Source: Acidimicrobiia bacterium (GTDB taxonomy: Bacteria > Actinomycetota > Acidimicrobiia > Spongiisociales > SHLN01). Taken from it: DNA of 32,930 bases. The DNA lies in assembly GCA_041619515.1 (NCBI GenBank), contig JBFKDW010000028.1, forward strand, positions 1-32,930. The letters run 5' to 3'. Position numbers and translations under genes: made by a program. The notes under the pieces were generated by a model that was given only the letters and a program-made list of their open reading frames with translations, had not been told where the DNA came from and ran no database searches. Position 1 is the first letter of the stretch. The number at the start of each line of letters is the position of its first letter. Shown here piece after piece: positions 19,376-27,511 of the stretch.

Positions 19376-20874
19376 GGGCTCTGCGTGAGAACGACTCGGG
19401 GATTGCTCTCGTGCAACTCGCCCTGCTGTCGGTCGTCATCATGCTGTTCACCGCCTTTGCCGTCGATCTCGGGTGGTTCTTCCTCAATGCCAACAAGATC
19501 CAGAGGGCGGCCGACGCCTCCGCTCTGGCCGGCGTCGTCTATATGCCGGACGACACCCCTTTTGCCATCGATCGGGCCGAGCGGGTTGCCGAGGCAAACG
19601 GCTACATCGATGGGGACGACGGGGCGACCCTCTCCATCGTCCCCCAGCCGGACGGCAAGAAGAACCAGCTCGAGGTGACCGTCACCGACGTCGTCGACAC
19701 CTTCTTTCTCAAAGTGATCGGGCGCGATACCCAGCAGATCTCCCGCACCGGACGCGCCGAGTACACCCGGCCCCTCCCCATGGGGAGCCCGCTGGGTCGG
19801 TTCGGAAACGATGCCGCCGACGGCATCGATTGCAGCGGCCCGGACCCGTGCTTCTGGGCGAACATCCACGGGACATTCACGAACAACCAGATGGGTGACG
19901 CCTTCTCCTCGTTCTGCGAGTACGACACGGGATTCGGAGGAAGCCAACCCTGTGTGGAGAGCCAATACCATCGGAGCAGCCGCGGCTACGTGTATGCGGT
20001 CGACCACGGCGGCGGCGCCTTCGCCGTCCAGGTCCAGAACGGTGCGTTCGAGCGTTTCCCGGGCGATGGCAACCCGATCCGGTCGGGTGACAACTACGAA
20101 TGGTGTCTGGTTGCCTGTCCCGACGGGCCCGCCACCCGCTTCAGTGTCTACAAGCCGGACCCGACGCCGCTGACGTTGGAGCCGTCGGGAAAGATCTGCG
20201 AGTTCGTCTTCGATCCCGTCGACTCGAGCGCCCCTCCGCCGCCCGCCGTCTACGATCCGACCACCGACTTCAACTACGCGTGGACGACTATCTGCTCGAT
20301 TGCGACTCCCGAGCCGGGCCTCTACACCGTCGAGGTCGAGATCGTCGACGATCCGGGCAACTCAGCCGACGACGCCGGCCTCAACCGATACGCGCTCAGG
20401 GCCACCGGCGGCGCCAAGCTGAGCGCCCTCGGGGACATGTCCATCTACAACCACATCGCCGGCAACACCGAGTTCTTCCTTGCCCAGGTGGACGATGTCT
20501 ACGCCGGACGCACGTTTGTCGTCGAGATGTACGACCCGGGGGACGCAGCCGGGCCGAGCAATATCATCAAGCTGCTCGGACCCTCCGGGGCGGTGTGGAG
20601 CGGCGGCTGCACGATCACAAAACGCGAGCATGGGACATCGGACTTCACCGCCTTCGATTCGATCCCGTCCGGCAGCGACTGCGAGATCGATGCCACCCGA
20701 ACCGTCAACGATTTCAACGGCGATTGGCTGCGGGTCGAGGTCGACCTCCCCGAGGCCTACTCGTGTGTCGACTGCTGGTGGAAGATCCGCTACGAGTACA
20801 TCGGGAGTACCACCGACACCACAACATGGCGCGCCTTCATCGGCGGGAGCCCGGTGCGGCTCGTCCTCGGCTAG
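19372..20874 (+). CDS. tadG: TadG-like pilin/adhesin with large Cys-rich C-terminal region
   Basis: GTGA overlap start. DSG|IALVQ, AFAVDLGW..IQRAADASALAG Tad motif, C-terminal VRLV. Confidence 0.87.
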   Translation: MRALRENDSGIALVQLALLSVVIMLFTAFAVDLGWFFLNANKIQRAADASALAGVVYMPDDTPFAIDRAERVAEANGYIDGDDGATLSIVPQPDGKKNQLEVTVTDVVDTFFLKVIGRDTQQISRTGRAEYTRPLPMGSPLGRFGNDAADGIDCSGPDPCFWANIHGTFTNNQMGDAFSSFCEYDTGFGGSQPCVESQYHRSSRGYVYAVDHGGGAFAVQVQNGAFERFPGDGNPIRSGDNYEWCLVACPDGPATRFSVYKPDPTPLTLEPSGKICEFVFDPVDSSAPPPPAVYDPTTDFNYAWTTICSIATPEPGLYTVEVEIVDDPGNSADDAGLNRYALRATGGAKLSALGDMSIYNHIAGNTEFFLAQVDDVYAGRTFVVEMYDPGDAAGPSNIIKLLGPSGAVWSGGCTITKREHGTSDFTAFDSIPSGSDCEIDATRTVNDFNGDWLRVEVDLPEAYSCVDCWWKIRYEYIGSTTDTTTWRAFIGGSPVRLVLG

Positions 20875-21004
20875 CTGCTTGCCGAGCGGTGATGCGGCCT
20901 TCCGGAACAGCCGGCCCGCCGCCACCAGGGACTAGGCGCGAATAGTCCGGCCGACCCATCGCAAAGCTTCCCATCTGCGCTACTTTTAGTGGTGGAGAAA
21001 CCAC

Positions 21005-21032
21005 TAAACGTGAGAGTAGTTCGGACCGATCA
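21005..21032 (+). promoter_or_regulatory. Putative sigma28 (FliA/SigD/WhiG)-type promoter
   Basis: TAAA-N16-ACCGATCA versus consensus TAAA-N15/16-GCCGATAA; lies 7 nt before ATG 21040. Confidence 0.5.
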
Positions 21033-21039
21033 TATGCCC

Positions 21040-21492
21040 ATGTCCATGAGTCGCTTTCGTCGGTCGTCTGATGACGAGGGAGCAGTCCTCATCGAGTTCG
21101 CCATTGTCATCGGGCTCTTCTTCATGCTCGTGTTCGGGATGGTCGACTTTGGTCTTGCCATCAACTCGAAAACCCAGATGACCAACGCCGGGCGGGAAGG
21201 CGCCAGGCTGGGAACCGTCAACCTCGACCCGGTGGCTGTGTCCAACCGGGTGAAGGAAGCCGCCGAGATCGACCCGGCCGATCTCACCATCACCGTGACC
21301 TGCCAGAAGCCAGACGACACCGCCTGCACCGGCCCCGGATTCCCGGCAGGAGACCTTCGCAACGGGGAATCGGGCGATTCGATCCTCGTGACGCTCGACT
21401 ACCAGTACAACCTGATCACGCCCCTCCCCGGATTCATCGACAGCGACAACAAGATCGATCTGCAGACCGTCACCGAGATGAGGATCGAGTGA
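21040..21492 (+). CDS. tadE: TadE-like minor pilin 3
   Basis: DEG|AVLIEFAI, NAGREGAR, C-terminal EMRIE. Start uncertain (21034, 21040 or 21046). Confidence 0.9.
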   Translation: MSMSRFRRSSDDEGAVLIEFAIVIGLFFMLVFGMVDFGLAINSKTQMTNAGREGARLGTVNLDPVAVSNRVKEAAEIDPADLTITVTCQKPDDTACTGPGFPAGDLRNGESGDSILVTLDYQYNLITPLPGFIDSDNKIDLQTVTEMRIE

Positions 21493-22898
21493 GGCGGCTC
21501 GAGCGGGTACGGGATCGCCTGCATCCCGAGGATGGAGCGATCCTCGTGCTGGCCGCCGTTCTCCTGATCGTGTTGTTCGCAGTGGCGGCGCTCGCCGTCG
21601 ACATCACCATGAAATCCACCGACCGCCAGCATCTGTGGAACAGCTCAGACGCCGCGGCACTGGCGGGCGCCTCCCAGCTGCCGGACGGCCTGGCGGCCGA
21701 GTCGCAGGCGACCGACTTTGCCCTCGCCAACGACGGCGATCTCGCCGGCAACATGGTCACGACCTTCCGCTGCCTGGTTGGGGACCAGGACAACAACGGC
21801 ATTCCCGACGCCGGCGAGGTGCCCTCGGTGTGCGACCCCGGTGCCGACGTTCCTGCTGTCGGCCCCCCCTGGGTGTGTGCGGACGGAATCTGTGTCGCCC
21901 CATGCGTGCCCGCCGACGGCGACACGTGCAACACCATCGTCCTCGAAACCGAGAAGACCACCGACTTCGCATTCGCCCCCGCCATCGGAGTCGAAGACGG
22001 CACCACCGACATCATCTCTGCGGCCTGCCGCGGCAGCTGCGGAGCAGGCGCGACCGGTCCCGTCGATCTCATGCTGGTCATGGACCGCACCGGGAGCATG
22101 AGCTCGGCCGACATGGACAAAGTCGAAGAGGCGTCGCTGGCGGTGCTCGACTTCTTCGACCCGGCGATTCAGCACGTCGGCCTGGCAGTGCTGCCGGCTG
22201 CGAGTGTGCCCGACAGGTGCGTGAATGCCTCACCCCAGTCAATCGGGAAGTGGGTGGCCGTAGGGCTCAGCAGCGACTACAAGGACACGCTCGACTACGA
22301 CTACGACGGCGACGGGGATCCCGATGTGGACTCGAACAGTGAGCTCGTCCAGATCATCCGCTGCAGCACCGACCGCGGTACCACCGACCTGGGCAGCCCG
22401 ATCAGCGATGGAGCCGGCGTCACCAATGCTGTGGGTGACGATGCGGTCTCCGAGCTCGTCTCACGGGGGCGGCCCGGGGTGAAGAAGGGCATCATCCTAT
22501 TGTCGGACGGTGGGGCCAACGAGCCTCGCGACGATGTGGCGAATCCCTGCCTGTACGCTCGTGACATGGCCGCCGCCGCCAAGGCGGCCGGCATCGAGCT
22601 GTACACCATCGGTTTCGGGGTCGACTCCCGCTCGCAAACGTGCAGCTACGACGAGACGGGCATCTACGGCACGGCGCTCTTCCCGCCGAACGGGGCTCCG
22701 GTGACCGCCCTGCTGGCCGACATGGCCACCCAGCCCTCGGACGACAACTGCACCCCCCTCACCACCGACTTCGAGAATACCGACGGCGACTACTTCTACT
22801 GCCTGCCGAAAGCGGACGACCTGAGCGACGTCTTCCTGGCGATCGCCACCGAGTTCGCCCAGGGATCGCGCCTCGTCCAATTGCCGCCGGGGGCATAG
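21489..22898 (+). CDS. tadG: TadG-like pilin/adhesin with von Willebrand A domain
   Basis: EDG|AILVL, ALAVDI..SSDAAALAGA; vWA motifs LMLVMDRTGSM, IILLSDG, IELYTIGFG; C-terminal SRLV. Confidence 0.88.
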   Translation: MRRLERVRDRLHPEDGAILVLAAVLLIVLFAVAALAVDITMKSTDRQHLWNSSDAAALAGASQLPDGLAAESQATDFALANDGDLAGNMVTTFRCLVGDQDNNGIPDAGEVPSVCDPGADVPAVGPPWVCADGICVAPCVPADGDTCNTIVLETEKTTDFAFAPAIGVEDGTTDIISAACRGSCGAGATGPVDLMLVMDRTGSMSSADMDKVEEASLAVLDFFDPAIQHVGLAVLPAASVPDRCVNASPQSIGKWVAVGLSSDYKDTLDYDYDGDGDPDVDSNSELVQIIRCSTDRGTTDLGSPISDGAGVTNAVGDDAVSELVSRGRPGVKKGIILLSDGGANEPRDDVANPCLYARDMAAAAKAAGIELYTIGFGVDSRSQTCSYDETGIYGTALFPPNGAPVTALLADMATQPSDDNCTPLTTDFENTDGDYFYCLPKADDLSDVFLAIATEFAQGSRLVQLPPGA

Positions 22899-22979
22899 CC
22901 CGGATCCGGGCGCGCGGGCCTCGGGCCATTCCCGGCATCACCCGGTTTTGCTCGCCGGCGGTGTCTCTATCCTGGCGAG

Positions 22980-25601
22980 GTGCCCAAGCTGGTTCTCCTC
23001 GACGGCCATAGTCTCGCCTATCGAGCCTTCTACGCGCTGCCGAGTGATCTGGCGACGTCGCAAGGCCAGGTGACCAACGCCGCATACGGCTTCACGTCCA
23101 TGCTCATCAAGCTGCTGGGCGACGAACACCCCGATGCGCTGGCGGTTGCCTGGGACGTGCGGGGAGGCACGTTTCGCCACGAGCAGTATTCGGAGTACAA
23201 GGCGCAGCGGGAGGCTCCGCCCGACATATTCCGCAGCCAGCTGCCTCTGATCGAGCGGGTGGTCGAGGTGTTGCATGTTCCCCAGTTCGGGATAGCCGGG
23301 TTCGAAGCCGACGACGTCATCGCCACCCTCGCCGGGCGAGCCAGCGCGGACGGATGGGAGGTGCTGGTGGTGACCGGAGACCGCGACGCCTTCCAGCTCA
23401 TCGAGGCGGGAATACGGGTCATGTACACCCGGCGGGGCATCTCCGACACCGTGATCGCCGACGCCGCCTACCTTGCCGAGCGATACAACGTCACTCCCTC
23501 GCAGTACGTCGAGTACGCCGCGCTGCGAGGCGACACATCCGACAACCTCCCCGGCGTGCCCGGGGTCGGTGAGAAGACCGCTGCAAAACTGCTCAACGAA
23601 CACGGCTCGCTCGAAGGCATCTACGAACACATCGCCGAGCTGTCACCCAAGTTGCGGGAGAATCTGGCCGCGTCACGCGATCAGGTGTTCCTCAACCGGC
23701 AGCTCATGGCGTTGGTCCGAACCGTCGACATCGACATCGACCTCGAGTCGCTTCGCCTCGCCGAGTGGGACGCGTCTGAGGTGCGCGGCGTGTTCGATGA
23801 GCTGGAATTCCATTCCTTGTGGAGCCGGTTGGTGGAATCCGGCGGAGGCGCCGGCACCGCGGCCCGTGAGGCCTTCGAAGTCGAAGTGGTGACCGAGACC
23901 GACCCGGCCAAGCTGGCCGCATTGGCCGGGCCCATTGCAGTGGATCCCGTGTGGGACGAGCCAGACCTGGCCGGGCTCATGTTGGCAACCGACGCCGGGG
24001 TGGTGACTTTCGTGCCGGCCGCAGCTCTCGCTCACCTGCGGCCGCTGCTCGAGGACCCGGAAATCCCCAAGCATTTGCATGACGCCAAGCCGGCCGTCCA
24101 CGCGCTCCTCGACCATGACGTCGACCTGCGAGGCCTGGCGTTCGACACGGCGCTGGCCGCCTATGTCGTCAACCCCTCGCTGCGCGATTACGGGCTTCCC
24201 GACATCGCCGGCCGGGTTCTGTCGCTCGAGCTCGAGCCGGTCGACGATCAGGGCGCACCGGTCACCCAGGGGACGCTCGATTTCGGGGGAGGGCCCGATC
24301 TGGAGGCAGCCGGCCGGCGGGCGGCTGCGATCGCCCGCCTCGTCGCCCCGCTCGCCGAGCAGGTCGAGGCCCGCGGTGCCACGTCCTTGCTGGAGGAGGT
24401 CGAGCTGCCGCTCGTGCGGGTGCTGGCCAGGATGGAGCAGGCCGGAATCCAGATAGATGTCGGCTATCTCGAGGAGCTGGGTGCAAGCTTGCGCGATCGG
24501 CTCGGCACGCTGGAAGGCAAGATTCACGATGCCGCCGGCGAGCCGTTCAACGTGAACTCAACCCTGCAGCTGCGACAGGTGCTCTTCGATCGTCTCGGGC
24601 TTCCAGTTTCGAAGAAGACCCCGAAGGGGCAGCCGTCAACCGATGCGGCGGTGCTGGAGAAACTGGCCGAGGACCATCCGATCGTCGAGCTACTCCTCGA
24701 ATACCGTCAACTCGAAAAGCTCCGCTCCACCTATGTCGACGGGTTCCTGCCGCTGGTGGCGCCCGATGGCCGGATTCACGCCACGTTCAACCAGCTGGCA
24801 GCATCAACGGGACGGCTCAGCTCAGAGCATCCCAACCTGCAGAACATCCCCATCCGGTCCGAAGAGGGCCGCACCATCCGGCGGGCGTTCGTGGCTCGCC
24901 CGGGGTGGCAGTTCCTGGTGGCCGACTACTCGCAGATCGAGCTCCGCATCCTGGCGCACGTGACCGGCGATCCGGGGCTGCTCGAAGCCTTCCGGGACAA
25001 TATCGACATTCATGCCGCCACCGCCGCCAGGGTGGCGGGATGCGAGCTGGCCGACGTCACCGCCGACATGCGGCGCCGGGCCAAGATGATCAACTTCGGC
25101 TTGTTGTACGGGATGGAGTCCTACGGGCTGGCGCAGCGCCTGGAGATCGAACGCGAGGAGGCACAGGCGCAGATCGACGCGTATTTCGCGCAGTTCCCGG
25201 GGGTGCAGGCGTTCATGGAAGGCATTGTGAAGCAAGCGCACCACGACGGCTACACCACGACCATCTTCGGCAGGCGCCGCTATCTGCCGGAGCTGGCGGC
25301 ATCCAACTATCGCACCCGCCAGATGGGGGAGCGCATGGCGCTCAACGCCCCCATCCAGGGCTCGGCGGCCGACATCATCAAGAAGGCGATGATCGCCATC
25401 GATGCCGAGCTCGAGAAAACGGGGCTCCAATCAGCCCTCATTCTCCAGGTGCACGACGAGCTGGTGCTGGAATGTCCCGAGGAGGAGCTGGGGGGCGCCA
25501 GGGAGCTCACCGTGCATCTCATGGAGGGGGTGGCGGAGCTGGCGGTGCCACTCACTGTCGACGTGGGAACCGGGGCAAACCTGGCAGAAGTGAAGGTCTG
25601 A
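22980..25601 (+). CDS. polA: DNA polymerase I
   Basis: 5' nuclease LLDGHSLAYRAF, EADDVIAT, GDTSDNLPG; polymerase motifs ADYSQIELR, KMINFGLLYG, QVHDEL. Confidence 0.98.
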   Translation: MPKLVLLDGHSLAYRAFYALPSDLATSQGQVTNAAYGFTSMLIKLLGDEHPDALAVAWDVRGGTFRHEQYSEYKAQREAPPDIFRSQLPLIERVVEVLHVPQFGIAGFEADDVIATLAGRASADGWEVLVVTGDRDAFQLIEAGIRVMYTRRGISDTVIADAAYLAERYNVTPSQYVEYAALRGDTSDNLPGVPGVGEKTAAKLLNEHGSLEGIYEHIAELSPKLRENLAASRDQVFLNRQLMALVRTVDIDIDLESLRLAEWDASEVRGVFDELEFHSLWSRLVESGGGAGTAAREAFEVEVVTETDPAKLAALAGPIAVDPVWDEPDLAGLMLATDAGVVTFVPAAALAHLRPLLEDPEIPKHLHDAKPAVHALLDHDVDLRGLAFDTALAAYVVNPSLRDYGLPDIAGRVLSLELEPVDDQGAPVTQGTLDFGGGPDLEAAGRRAAAIARLVAPLAEQVEARGATSLLEEVELPLVRVLARMEQAGIQIDVGYLEELGASLRDRLGTLEGKIHDAAGEPFNVNSTLQLRQVLFDRLGLPVSKKTPKGQPSTDAAVLEKLAEDHPIVELLLEYRQLEKLRSTYVDGFLPLVAPDGRIHATFNQLAASTGRLSSEHPNLQNIPIRSEEGRTIRRAFVARPGWQFLVADYSQIELRILAHVTGDPGLLEAFRDNIDIHAATAARVAGCELADVTADMRRRAKMINFGLLYGMESYGLAQRLEIEREEAQAQIDAYFAQFPGVQAFMEGIVKQAHHDGYTTTIFGRRRYLPELAASNYRTRQMGERMALNAPIQGSAADIIKKAMIAIDAELEKTGLQSALILQVHDELVLECPEEELGGARELTVHLMEGVAELAVPLTVDVGTGANLAEVKV

Positions 25602-25681
25602 CCAGTCGCTTTCCACGCCGTTGTGTTACCCTATGTCCCGCTCCACATCCGTGGAGTTGATTCCGTGTATCAGGAGAACCC

Positions 25682-27289
25682 TTGTCTGATGAGAAAACCG
25701 AGGTAGCGACGGTCACAGAGACCGCAGCGGCCGAACCGGCGGAGGAATCCACCGCCGCGCCGGAGTCCGCCGACGCTGCCCCCGAGCCCGCCGTCGAGGC
25801 GGAGTCCACCGACCAGCCCAAGCCCGCCGTCGAGGCCGAGCCCGCCGACCAGCCCAAGCCCGCCGTCGAGGCCGAGCCCGCCGACCAGCCCAAGCCCGCC
25901 GTCCAGGCGGAGCCTGCCGCCGAAGCCGGGGCAGAGCCCGTCTCCAGCCCAGAACCCGCCGCGCCCGAGCCCGCGGCCGAGGCCGCGTCTGAGGCCGGCC
26001 CCCCATCCGGTTCGAACGACGAGATCGTCGTCGTCAAGATGAACCTCAACCTCGAGGATCTGCCGGATGACCTGTCCGCCGAGGATTTCGAGAGCGCCCT
26101 CGAGCGAACGGTCATGCAGTTCAAGGAAGGCTCGCTGGTCGAAGGCACCGTGGTCAGGGTCGATCCGGACGAGGTTCTCATCGACATCGGGTTCAAGTCG
26201 GAGGGCCACATTCCTGCCAAGGAGCTCTCGATCCGCAACCAGGTGAATCCGGGGGACGAAGTCTCGGTGGGAGACACCATCGAGGCAATGGTGCTCGAAA
26301 TGGAGGACTCCGAGGGACGGATGATCCTTTCCAAGAAGCGTGCCCAGTACGAGCGCGCCTGGGGCCGCATCGAGAAGGTCATGGCAGCAGGCGGAACGGT
26401 GAAAGGCCCCGTCATCGAGGTCGTCAAGGGCGGGCTCATCGTCGACATCGGCCTGCGCGGCTTCTTGCCGGCATCATTGGTCGAGTTGCGCCGGGTTCGT
26501 GATTTGCAGCCGTACGTCGGCAACGATATCGAAGCGAAGGTGATCGAGCTCGACAAGAATCGCAACAACGTCGTGCTGTCGCGGCGAGCGTATCTCGAGG
26601 AAGAGCAGGCCGAACAGCGCACCGCCTTCCTGGAGGATCTAGCCGAGGACCAGGTTCGGGACGGCGTCGTGTCGTCGGTCGTGAATTTCGGTGCGTTCGT
26701 CGACCTTGGGGGAATGGACGGGCTGGTTCACGTGTCGGAGCTCAGCTGGCAGCACGTCAGCCACCCGAGCGAGGTTGTGGCAGTGGGCGACAAAGTGACC
26801 GTCAAGGTGCTCGAGGTCGACCGGGACCGCGAGCGCATCTCCCTCTCGATTCGCCAGACCCGGGAGGATCCGTGGGAGTCGTTTTCCGCCGGGAACGAGG
26901 TCGGCGGGATCGTCGAGGGCAAGGTCACCAAGACCGTCCCATTCGGCGCATTCGTGTCGGTCACCGACGGGGTGGAAGGCCTGGTGCATGTGTCGGAGAT
27001 CGCCATGCACCACGTCGAGAGCCCCGAGCTCGAGCTCACCGTCGGCCAGACGGTGAACGTCCGTATCACCGAGATCGACGACGATCGCCGTCGCATCAGC
27101 CTGTCGATCAAGCAAGCGCTTCCCGAGTGGTCGGAGCGCAGCGCACCCCAGAAGCCAACCCGCAGCTCACGCCAGGAGCCCGAGTTCGAACGCGAAGAAA
27201 TCGCCTCCGAAGGGGCCCATTTCAAAGCCGACGAGTCGCTGGAAGCCATCCTCAAGGAGCTGAAAGAGCGGGGGATCGGCGGAAGCTGA
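25682..27289 (+). CDS. rpsA: 30S ribosomal protein S1 (four S1 domains) with long N-terminal extension
   Basis: AGGAG SD then TTG start. EVLIDIGFKSEG, GLRGFLPAS, FGAFVDLGGMDGLVHVSELSW, FGAFV..GVEGLVHVSEI. Confidence 0.96.
   Translation: MSDEKTEVATVTETAAAEPAEESTAAPESADAAPEPAVEAESTDQPKPAVEAEPADQPKPAVEAEPADQPKPAVQAEPAAEAGAEPVSSPEPAAPEPAAEAASEAGPPSGSNDEIVVVKMNLNLEDLPDDLSAEDFESALERTVMQFKEGSLVEGTVVRVDPDEVLIDIGFKSEGHIPAKELSIRNQVNPGDEVSVGDTIEAMVLEMEDSEGRMILSKKRAQYERAWGRIEKVMAAGGTVKGPVIEVVKGGLIVDIGLRGFLPASLVELRRVRDLQPYVGNDIEAKVIELDKNRNNVVLSRRAYLEEEQAEQRTAFLEDLAEDQVRDGVVSSVVNFGAFVDLGGMDGLVHVSELSWQHVSHPSEVVAVGDKVTVKVLEVDRDRERISLSIRQTREDPWESFSAGNEVGGIVEGKVTKTVPFGAFVSVTDGVEGLVHVSEIAMHHVESPELELTVGQTVNVRITEIDDDRRRISLSIKQALPEWSERSAPQKPTRSSRQEPEFEREEIASEGAHFKADESLEAILKELKERGIGGS
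25787..25919 (+). repeat. In-frame 36-bp tandem repeat, about 3.7 copies (PAVEAEPADQPK)
   Basis: Units start at 25787, 25823 and 25859, with a partial unit at 25895. Units 2 and 3 are identical: cccgccgtcgaggccgagcccgccgaccagcccaag. Confidence 0.95.
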
Positions 27290-27431
27290 TCGGCCGACAG
27301 CGGGCGCGATCGCGAAAATCCTCGACACGCTAATCTGATCGGGCAACAATGATCTCGGCGCGCGAGCGCGCCAGGCCTTAACGACGGTTGGTGAGGCTGG
27401 TTGAATGAAATCTCCGAGGGACAAGCTTTTC

Positions 27432-27459
27432 TCAAGCGCTACTGCGCGTCTTCCGATAG
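27432..27459 (+). promoter_or_regulatory. Putative sigma28 (FliA/SigD/WhiG)-type promoter
   Basis: TCAA-N16-TCCGATAG upstream of cpaB; same spacing and CCGAT core as the motif at 21005. Confidence 0.5.
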
Positions 27460-27511
27460 GACACAGGAACAGCGGTCGAATGACGACCTCGGCTTCTGCA
27501 AGGAGTGACGA

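Noticed and set aside
17674..22980. Genomic island integrated at tRNA-Leu
   Set aside because: There is no integrase, I saw no repeat of the tRNA 3' end, and there is no obvious compositional shift by eye.
25787..25919. CRISPR-like array (36-bp period)
   Set aside because: The repeats are contiguous, have no spacers, lie in frame within rpsA, and there are no cas genes.
27290..27511. c-di-GMP riboswitch or hidden Flp pilin gene upstream of cpaB
   Set aside because: Only a GC hairpin (GGCGCGC-GA-GCGCGCC) is evident. I could not build the riboswitch core or find a G|xxxxEY pilin ORF. An Rfam/Infernal scan would settle it.
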